The notes beneath the pieces are model-generated. The model had not been told where the DNA came from, did no database searches, and saw only the letters and a list, made by a program, of their open reading frames with translations. Shown here piece by piece: positions 24,891-31,250 of a DNA stretch of 31,250 nucleotides. Numbering within the stretch: position 1 is the stretch's first letter; every line of letters begins with the position of its first letter. Both the position numbers and the translations under genes were made by a program. Origin of the DNA: a virus (taxonomy: Duplodnaviria > Caudoviricetes); the IMG/VR virus record IMGVR_UViG_3300046170_000058, positions 1 through 31,250 of that record. One strand, 5' to 3'.

Positions 24891-25253
24891 GAGCTTCACA
24901 AAGATTTCACAAATTTATTAGAATATTATAAAGATAAGAATGGTAAAGTTAATTTTGATAATTTTACACATAAAGATACATTTGAAGAATACTGTAACTT
25001 ATTTGAAATAAGACAATACTTGGCACAATTATCTGATTTTCTTGGAACAAATGAATATTATCAAGATGCTGATGCTTGTGAAAGTTATTGTTATGATTTA
25101 GATAAAATTATTGGAACACCATCTTATAAAGATTGGGATGAATTTAAGATAGCAATGTTTAATAAAAAAATAGAATTACAAAAAAAGGAATATGATGCAA
25201 ATGAACCAAAAAGAAAACTTGCAGAATTTCAAAAAAAATTAAAAGAATGGTAA
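24891..25253 (+). CDS. hypothetical moron-like protein, start uncertain
   Basis: Frame is open from 24891, but the first ATG/GTG/TTG is TTG at 25020. Confidence 0.5.
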   Translation, partial: ELHKDFTNLLEYYKDKNGKVNFDNFTHKDTFEEYCNLFEIRQYLAQLSDFLGTNEYYQDADACESYCYDLDKIIGTPSYKDWDEFKIAMFNKKIELQKKEYDANEPKRKLAEFQKKLKEW

Positions 25254-25282
25254 AAATAATTTAATGAATGTAATTTTATAAT

Positions 25283-25310
25283 ACCCTTACAGAAATGTAG
25301 GGGTTTTTTT
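25283..25310 (+). terminator. intrinsic terminator (CA-GAAA-TG family)
   Basis: ACCCTTACA-GAAA-TGTAGGGGT plus T run. Confidence 0.8.
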
Positions 25311-25338
25311 GTTAATTAATTTTTACTATCTTTACAAT

Positions 25339-25458
25339 ATGAACAATTATACAAAGGCAGAACTCTATGGCAAGGTACAAGAACTGCAATACGATCTGAA
25401 ACAATTAAAGAATCAATTAATTTTAACACAACAAAGCAATGAAAGAAACAAACGTTAA
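25339..25458 (+). CDS. small coiled-coil protein (39 aa, MNNYTKAELYGKVQEL...)
   Basis: Unlisted ORF; ATG is 4 nt after a TATCTTTA -7-like box. Confidence 0.55.
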   Translation: MNNYTKAELYGKVQELQYDLKQLKNQLILTQQSNERNKR

Positions 25459-25969
25459 CATAAAACTATTTAACCTACAGCAAGAAATAGGTACAATAAG
25501 TAAGGATGCAAAGAATCCTTTTTACAAATCAAAATACTTTGATATTAATTCATTAATTAAACAACTACAACCTTATTTAAAAAAACATAGGTTAAGTTTA
25601 TTTCAGCCAACAAAATTTGATGCTATAAATAATCTTTCTTATGTTAAAACGTATTTTCAATGTCCAGATACTAAAGAAAAAAGTGAACCAAGTGAATTAA
25701 AGTTACCTGAATTAGATGATCCACAAAAAATATTAGCTTGTGTAACATATTTTAGAAGGGCAACATTAACTGCTTTACTTGGATTACAAGCAGAAGATGA
25801 TGATGGAAATACAGCGAGTGGTAAAACTGTTGATAAAAAATGGTTAAACCAAAACACACCTGAATATTCTAAAGCAATAGAATTTATAAAAGGGGGTGGT
25901 AGTGTAGAAGCTATTAAAAGTAAGTATAAAGTTTCAGGTAAAATAGAAAATGAACTTGCAAAACTGTAG
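25439..25969 (+). CDS. erf: ERF-family single-strand annealing protein
   Basis: I.KD.KNPF.KSKY; PQK....TY.RR..L..LLGL..EDDDGN. Confidence 0.85.
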   Translation: MKETNVNIKLFNLQQEIGTISKDAKNPFYKSKYFDINSLIKQLQPYLKKHRLSLFQPTKFDAINNLSYVKTYFQCPDTKEKSEPSELKLPELDDPQKILACVTYFRRATLTALLGLQAEDDDGNTASGKTVDKKWLNQNTPEYSKAIEFIKGGGSVEAIKSKYKVSGKIENELAKL

Positions 25970-26022
25970 AGTAAAAAACGTATATATAAAAGTTAATTAC
26001 AAAAATTATCAAATAATAATTT

Positions 26023-26340
26023 ATGGAAAAAAAGAACGTAGCAATATTATCAGGCAGTTTAAATCTATCTGCGATTGATAAAAGCAAGATTGTAAAAGGT
26101 AAAGATGGTAACCAATATTTAAACATTACTATGATGATTCAAGACAAATCACAGTACGGTAATAATATTTGGATTACACAAAGCCAAACACAAGAAGAAA
26201 GAGAAGCTAAAACAAAAGCAACATCTTTAGGTAATGGTGCAGTACGATGGTTAGGTGGTGATATAACGGTAGCTGAAAGAAGTGAAGTTACTAATCAACA
26301 GCAGCAACCAGCACGTGAAGAAGCTGATTTACCATTTTAA
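26023..26340 (+). CDS. single-stranded DNA-binding protein (Bacteroidota phage type)
   Basis: IDK.KI..GK.G.QYL, QYGN, EEREAK, LGNG, acidic DLPF C-terminus. Confidence 0.7.
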   Translation: MEKKNVAILSGSLNLSAIDKSKIVKGKDGNQYLNITMMIQDKSQYGNNIWITQSQTQEEREAKTKATSLGNGAVRWLGGDITVAERSEVTNQQQQPAREEADLPF

Positions 26341-26345
26341 TAATT

Positions 26346-26371
26346 GGGGGTTTAATTACCCCCTTTTTTTT
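26346..26371 (+). terminator. intrinsic terminator
   Basis: GGGGGT-TTAATT-ACCCCC plus T run. Confidence 0.8.
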
Positions 26372-26384
26372 ATATATTTATAAA

Positions 26385-26531
26385 ATGCTAAAAAAATTAA
26401 AAGAAGGTGAAGAATTACCTGATGACTTTTGGAACTATAACGTTAACCCTATATTAGGTTATAAATATAATCCAAACAGAAACGAACAAGGAATTGATAC
26501 AGAAAGAAAATACGCAAAACCAAGAATATGA
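26385..26531 (+). CDS. small hypothetical protein (48 aa, MLKKLKEGEELPDDFWNY...)
   Basis: Unlisted ORF; ATGA-coupled to the helicase; ATG is 4 nt after TATATTTA. Confidence 0.65.
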   Translation: MLKKLKEGEELPDDFWNYNVNPILGYKYNPNRNEQGIDTERKYAKPRI

Positions 26532-27439
26532 TAGCACAAGCAAAGAACATACAGGATAGAATACTTGACATAAAATATGGCAGGGTAAAAGAAGGGTTAA
26601 AAATAGATGTACCTGAAATAGATGAATACTTGCGTTATAAACAAGGTAACTTTAATGTATTGATTGGTCACGCTAACGTAGGTAAAACTACTGTTATAAT
26701 GTATCTGTTTACGATATGGGCAATAAAACACAAATTAAGATTTGTTGTATGGTCAAGTGAAAACACTTCACAAAGTATTGTAAGAAAGATAATAGAATTT
26801 AAAATGGGTAAAACTATTAATGAAGCAAGTGATGAATTAATAAACGAAACTATTAATTGGTGTGATACTTATTTTAAAATAATAGAAGTAGATGATCTGA
26901 TTACATATAAACAACTACTAAAACAAGCAGGACAAATAAAAGATGCTTGGGATTATAACGCACTACTTATTGATCCGTACAATAGTTTATCAAAAGATAT
27001 AGGTTTGTTAAAAGCAGTAGGTGGTCACGAGTACGATTACCAAGTAGCAAGTGAGTTTAGATTGTTTGCTAAAAAAAGAGATGTAAGTGTATTTTTAAAT
27101 GCACACGGTGTAACAGAAGCATTAAGAAGAACCCACGTTAAAGGACACGAATATGAAAACCTACCAACACCTTTAGGTATGGCATCAGTAGAAGGTGGAG
27201 GTAAATGGGCAAACCGTGCTGATGATGTAATATGTATACACCGTTATACAGGTTCACCAATTGATTGGATGTATTCACACCTGCACGTATTAAAAGTAAA
27301 AGAAAATGAAACAGGTGGTAGGTGTACACCTTTTGAAGAACCAATAAGATTAAGAATGGCAAGAAATAATGTAGGTTTTGAATTTCTTGGTAGAGATTTA
27401 ATACACAATATAAAACCAATAGAAAAGTTAGAAATTTGA
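26528..27439 (+). CDS. DnaB/SF4-like replicative helicase (RecA-fold domain only)
   Basis: Walker A GHANVGKT, SSEN, Walker B LLIDPYN, NAH, N.ADD.I..HR, KVK...GG. Confidence 0.82.
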   Translation: MIAQAKNIQDRILDIKYGRVKEGLKIDVPEIDEYLRYKQGNFNVLIGHANVGKTTVIMYLFTIWAIKHKLRFVVWSSENTSQSIVRKIIEFKMGKTINEASDELINETINWCDTYFKIIEVDDLITYKQLLKQAGQIKDAWDYNALLIDPYNSLSKDIGLLKAVGGHEYDYQVASEFRLFAKKRDVSVFLNAHGVTEALRRTHVKGHEYENLPTPLGMASVEGGGKWANRADDVICIHRYTGSPIDWMYSHLHVLKVKENETGGRCTPFEEPIRLRMARNNVGFEFLGRDLIHNIKPIEKLEI

Positions 27440-27651
27440 TTGTAATAATATTTTTACTAATTATATGTGCAATTTATTTAATTATAGGTCAGGTAAAAAA
27501 TGCTGATGTAATTATTAGCCCTGTAATTGGTATGATGTTTGGTTTTTTATATAGCAAAGAAGAATTAGAAGAAGGTAACGAGATAACCCTACAATGTTTG
27601 TTGGGTGTAATTAGTGTTACTGTAATATGGACAAATCTGCACAATGGTTAG
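27436..27651 (+). CDS. small membrane protein
   Basis: Hydrophobic 71-aa ORF overlapping both neighbours. Confidence 0.55.
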   Translation: MIVIIFLLIICAIYLIIGQVKNADVIISPVIGMMFGFLYSKEELEEGNEITLQCLLGVISVTVIWTNLHNG

Positions 27652-28178
27652 CAAAGGTAGCTGAAAGGCATACTGAATGGGTTAATGTGATTAAAGGTTT
27701 TGGTGAATATGAATATTGTGATGATCTTGTTCAAGAAACGTATTTAATTTTATACAAGTATGCAAATGAAGAAAAGGTTATTAAAGATGGTGTTGTTAGT
27801 AGAGGGTATATGTACTTTACTCTACGAAGCACTTACTTCCAATTTTACAAAAACAAAAGAAAGATTAAAAAGGTTTCACTTGACAATGAAGAATATACCC
27901 AAGAAGTGGAATACATTGATTCGCTGGATGAAGAAGTAGCCTACAATAAAATATGTACAATGATAGATGAGCATATAGAAGATTGGAGATGGTATGAACG
28001 TAGGCTTTTTCAACTTTATAGGGATTCAGGTTTAAGTATAAGGGGAATAGCAAAAGAAACTAATATAAGTTGGGTTAGTATATTTAACACATTAAAAAAC
28101 GCAAAACACGAATTAAAACAAAAATTTCAAGAAGATTATGATGACTATGTTAATAACGATTTTGAGCAACTAAAATAA
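27627..28178 (+). CDS. ECF-like sigma-70 family RNA polymerase sigma factor
   Basis: Region 2 DDLVQETYL...Y.YFTLR; region 4 HTH GLSIRGIAKETNISWVSIFNTLKNAK. Confidence 0.78.
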   Translation: MDKSAQWLAKVAERHTEWVNVIKGFGEYEYCDDLVQETYLILYKYANEEKVIKDGVVSRGYMYFTLRSTYFQFYKNKRKIKKVSLDNEEYTQEVEYIDSLDEEVAYNKICTMIDEHIEDWRWYERRLFQLYRDSGLSIRGIAKETNISWVSIFNTLKNAKHELKQKFQEDYDDYVNNDFEQLK

Positions 28179-28183
28179 AGATT

Positions 28184-28609
28184 ATGAACGAATATAAAGG
28201 TGATAAGCGAACAAAGACTTTTAAACAATGGAAAAAGAACCACGAAGCAGCAAGTGATGGTTTAGGTGATACAGTAGAAAAAATAACAAAAGCTACAGGA
28301 ATAAAAAAAGTAGTTGATACTGTTTTTCAAAAGTTAGAAAAAAGTTGTGGGTGTGATGAAAGGAAAAAAACGCTTAACAAAATGTTCCCAAGTAAAAAAG
28401 TCAAGTGTTTAACAGAAGATGAATATAACTATTTAGATACTTTCTTTAGTTCTAAAAGTTCAAGAGTAACACCTAAACAACAAAACGAACTAATAACAAT
28501 ATACAACCGTGTATTTAATGGTAATGCTGTTGCAACAAGTTGTGGAAGTTGTTTTCTAAATGGTGTATATGATAAACTAAATAAGATATTTAATCAGTAC
28601 AACGGTTGA
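28184..28609 (+). CDS. Cys-containing hypothetical phage protein
   Basis: GLGDTVEKITKATGIK, CGC.ERK..LN, SCGSC (possible zinc site). Confidence 0.65.
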   Translation: MNEYKGDKRTKTFKQWKKNHEAASDGLGDTVEKITKATGIKKVVDTVFQKLEKSCGCDERKKTLNKMFPSKKVKCLTEDEYNYLDTFFSSKSSRVTPKQQNELITIYNRVFNGNAVATSCGSCFLNGVYDKLNKIFNQYNG

Positions 28610-28986
28610 AAGAACAAGAACTTTTTGAGTATTTAGTTTCTTGTTGTTATCCTGATTTAGTAAAAGCAAAAAGCCAAATGAGCAGGTGGGATTGTTACAG
28701 TCCTAAAACATATCATCGTATTGAATTAAAATGTAGATCGATACATTATGATACTTTACTTATAGAAAAGAAAAAGTATGATGCTATGATTGAAAAGTGT
28801 GATGATAATTTAGATATACCTATGTATGTTAATTCTACACCTTCTGGTGTATATAGATTTAATTTGTATATTGTGAATCCTGTTTGGCAAATACAATATC
28901 ATAATACCACAACAGAATTTAAGAACAATAAAAAAATACCTAAAGAAATTGCTTTGTTAGATGTAAGCGAAGCAGAAATAATTTAA
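28606..28986 (+). CDS. putative PD-(D/E)xK endonuclease
   Basis: E..LF...WDC......IELKCR. Confidence 0.55.
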   Translation: MKEQELFEYLVSCCYPDLVKAKSQMSRWDCYSPKTYHRIELKCRSIHYDTLLIEKKKYDAMIEKCDDNLDIPMYVNSTPSGVYRFNLYIVNPVWQIQYHNTTTEFKNNKKIPKEIALLDVSEAEII

Positions 28987-28997
28987 ACAAAGAAACA

Positions 28998-29312
28998 ATG
29001 AACAAAAAAATAAACAACTTTAAAGAAATAGAATACTACACTAACTTTAATTTAGTAGGTGAACATATAGTACAATCAAGAAAACTAAAACCAGAAAACA
29101 AAGCATTAAACGATATGTACTTTTGTTGGCAAGAAGTAGGGTTTTATGTAAACAACCTTATACGTGATGAAAGGTTATATGAACAATCATTAAGTGAATA
29201 CAGAAGTGATAAGATACGTGCAGTAGAACGTGCAATAACAGCAGAACAAAAAGTAACAGAACTTGAACAACAATTAGAAAAACTCAAAACTAAAAAAAGT
29301 TTGGGTTTGTAA
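28998..29312 (+). CDS. hypothetical coiled-coil protein
   Basis: 104-aa ORF with C-terminal heptads. Confidence 0.65.
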   Translation: MNKKINNFKEIEYYTNFNLVGEHIVQSRKLKPENKALNDMYFCWQEVGFYVNNLIRDERLYEQSLSEYRSDKIRAVERAITAEQKVTELEQQLEKLKTKKSLGL

Positions 29313-29336
29313 TTGTTTAAAAAATGTTTAAATTAG
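29306..29336 (+). promoter_or_regulatory. possible Bacteroidota housekeeping promoter
   Basis: TTTG-N19-TAAATTAG (one mismatch). Confidence 0.45.
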
Positions 29337-29360
29337 TACAATAATTATTAACAAAGAACA

Positions 29361-29507
29361 ATGGACGAAAAAATACGATTTACAAACGCTGGTAAAGTAG
29401 GTAGTGCTAAAGGCATAACAAGAGCATTAGTTAGTGATGATTTAGATGATTACACTAAAAACAGATTAAACAAAATTATTGAAATATTAGATAGCATAGA
29501 ATTATGA
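29361..29507 (+). CDS. small hypothetical protein (48 aa, MDEKIRFTNAGKVG...)
   Basis: Unlisted ORF, ATGA-coupled to the next gene. Confidence 0.6.
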   Translation: MDEKIRFTNAGKVGSAKGITRALVSDDLDDYTKNRLNKIIEILDSIEL

Positions 29508-30271
29508 TAACATTATTAAACGGTGAACATTGGGGTAAAGAAGAAATACTAACACAAATGTATGATGATGATTTTTACTATAATTTTTTAGGCAAAAATG
29601 CATTAAGTTCTTCATCACTAAAAACACTTCTAAAAAGTCCAAAGACCTATAGAAACATATTAAACTATGGTGATCCTAATTCAGATAGTCCAGCACTTGC
29701 AGCAGGTAAGTTAGTGCATTGGATGATACTTGAAAGCCATAAAATAGATAAGTTACACTTTGTAGATGCTACCACAAAGAACACTAAAGTATATAAAGAA
29801 GCAAAAGCAAAGTATGGTGAGGTGTTTCTTACAAAAGAAAAAAGTGCAGCAGAAAGATTAACAGATGCAGTATTAAGAAATGAAGCAGCACTTAAACTAT
29901 TAAACAATAGTGAATTTGAAGTACCTGAAATACAAATGATAGAAGGGTTAGCATTTCGTGGTAAAGCAGATATTATACAAGGCAATACAATAATAGATTT
30001 AAAAACAACAGCTGAACTAAACACCTTTAAATATAGTGCTGATAAGTATGGATATGATTTACAAGCGTGGTTGTACTTAAAACTATTTGATAAGAAAAAG
30101 TTTACGTTTCTGGTAATAGATAAAGCAAGTACTGATATAGGTATATTTGAAACTACAGAAGAATTTTTAGCAAGAGGTGAAAACAAATTTAAACAAGCAG
30201 TAGATAACTACAAATACTTCTTTGAACAAGATAATGATTTAGATCAATATGTAATGAGGGGGATACTATGA
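29504..30271 (+). CDS. RecE/exonuclease VIII-like PD-(D/E)xK exonuclease (DUF3799-like)
   Basis: LSSS.LK.LL.SP, G.LVH..ILE, RGKAD, IIDLKTT, YGYDLQA.LY. Confidence 0.8.
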   Translation: MITLLNGEHWGKEEILTQMYDDDFYYNFLGKNALSSSSLKTLLKSPKTYRNILNYGDPNSDSPALAAGKLVHWMILESHKIDKLHFVDATTKNTKVYKEAKAKYGEVFLTKEKSAAERLTDAVLRNEAALKLLNNSEFEVPEIQMIEGLAFRGKADIIQGNTIIDLKTTAELNTFKYSADKYGYDLQAWLYLKLFDKKKFTFLVIDKASTDIGIFETTEEFLARGENKFKQAVDNYKYFFEQDNDLDQYVMRGIL

Positions 30272-30591
30272 ATAAAGAAATAGCAAAAGAACTTGATGTA
30301 TATGCTAATGAAGTATGTAGTAGGTATTCAAAAAAAGATAGAGCAGGAAACTACAACAAAGAAACTTTCTCTATAAGTGAAGTAATACCTACAAGCGATC
30401 ATACTGCATCAGTTATATTTAAAAAAGATACAGGTAAGTTAGCAGCTTTTTTCTTTTACTATATTAATAGGGGTGCATCTAAAGGTTGGAAGTATTTTGT
30501 ACCAACTGATTCACATATAACAGGATTTAGAGCATTTGAATATTATAAACTAAATGTAGAAAGAAGTAACTATAAGCATAATTTTGAATAA
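30268..30591 (+). CDS. hypothetical protein
   Basis: 107-aa ORF with ATGA coupling. Confidence 0.65.
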   Translation: MNKEIAKELDVYANEVCSRYSKKDRAGNYNKETFSISEVIPTSDHTASVIFKKDTGKLAAFFFYYINRGASKGWKYFVPTDSHITGFRAFEYYKLNVERSNYKHNFE

Positions 30592-30784
30592 AAAATTAAT
30601 AGAAGAATTTTACTTACTTGCTTTAGTAGATATAGTAAATGGTAAAGATATAGCAGAACTTGAAGAAACAATAAAACTATATGAAAAAGAAGAACATTAT
30701 GAAGCGTGTGCAGGAATACAAAAAGCAATACACGAATCAGGATATTTAACAATTAAAGAAATAATAGAAAGAAACAAATTATAA
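30584..30784 (+). CDS. hypothetical protein (UVR-like EEHYEACA.I motif)
   Basis: 66-aa acidic helical ORF. Confidence 0.55.
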   Translation: MNKKLIEEFYLLALVDIVNGKDIAELEETIKLYEKEEHYEACAGIQKAIHESGYLTIKEIIERNKL

Positions 30785-30793
30785 AAATAAATT

Positions 30794-31189
30794 ATGAGTA
30801 TACAAATAATAAAAGAAGTAGTAGAACAACACTTTGATATAGACATAACAAAAGATACAAGAAAACGTGAATATGTAGAAGCACGTGCAATGTATTTTAA
30901 TTTAGCAAGAGATTATACAAGAATATCATTATCAGTAATAGGCAAAACAGTATATAGGGATCATACAACGGTACTGTACTTTTTAAAACAATTAAGAGAT
31001 TGGATGTTACACGATTATCGTTTAAAGCAAGATTACGATACAATAAACAAAAGAGTACAAGATGCAATACACGCTAACCCTGAAGAATTTAAAACAGCAG
31101 TTACAATAGAAGGTTTCTATGAAACACAATACAAACGTTTAAAGGAGTTAACAGAACAAATTAATCAGGATCAATTAACAATTAGTTAA
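30794..31189 (+). CDS. stand-alone DnaA C-terminal (domain IV) HTH protein
   Basis: I.EVV..HF.I....R.R..V.AR....LAR..T..SL..IG....RDHTTVLY. Confidence 0.8.
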   Translation: MSIQIIKEVVEQHFDIDITKDTRKREYVEARAMYFNLARDYTRISLSVIGKTVYRDHTTVLYFLKQLRDWMLHDYRLKQDYDTINKRVQDAIHANPEEFKTAVTIEGFYETQYKRLKELTEQINQDQLTIS

Positions 31190-31203
31190 TTTTTTTATTG
31201 TAT
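31177..31203 (+). promoter_or_regulatory. putative late promoter, copy 8
   Basis: AACAA-N14-TATTGTAT; TATTGTATAGTTGAAT identical to 395-410. Confidence 0.72.
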
Positions 31204-31228
31204 AGTTGAATAAACAAGTTATTTCAAA

Positions 31229-31250
31229 ATGGCACACGGTGGAAAAAGAG
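31229..31250 (+). CDS. 3'-truncated ORF starting MAHGGKR (TerS-like N-terminus)
   Basis: Only 7 codons visible; HGGKR typically precedes GAGRK in TerS-like proteins. Confidence 0.4.

Noticed and set aside
195-30752. All minus-strand ORFs in the track (e.g. 10941..11417, 29665..30186)
   Set aside because: They are antisense shadows of well-supported + strand genes, with no motifs or promoters.
1-31250. tRNA, rRNA, introns or inteins
   Set aside because: Intergenic gaps are short and explained by terminators and promoters; TerL, helicase and capsid are normal length. A tRNAscan/Infernal run would be needed to exclude these formally.

Overview
AT-rich, single-strand-coded (+) segment covering most of a small tailed dsDNA phage genome. 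The host is probably Bacteroidota (Flavobacteriia), judged from TTTG-N19-TAnnTTTG promoters and the lack of Shine-Dalgarno sites. Gene order: end of a PAPS-reductase-like gene, TerS, TerL, small morons, tail module (chaperone, terminator/completion proteins, hub, short tape measure), prohead protease, variable head-region genes, scaffold, major capsid, tail tube, portal, adaptor, fibres, lysis cassette, then early/replication genes (NinG, ERF, SSB, DnaB-like helicase, ECF-like sigma factor, PD-(D/E)xK nucleases, stand-alone DnaA domain IV) and the start of a second TerS-like gene. No integrase, DNA polymerase, tRNA or CRISPR was seen. Main observations: (1) an 8-copy promoter-like motif WACAA-N14-WATTRTAW, six copies 4-5 nt before the ATG, suggesting leaderless late mRNAs driven by the phage sigma factor; (2) a direct-repeat-flanked cassette of paralogous 'KVEL'-leader proteins between protease and scaffold, candidate protease-processed internal head cargo; (3) a hidden -1 frameshift ORF with about 190 nt of dual coding; (4) a 26-aa CDGSH Fe-S mini-protein in the lysis cassette; (5) three clustered +1 frameshifts that are probably sequencing errors. 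All functional calls come from motif recognition by eye; no searches were run.
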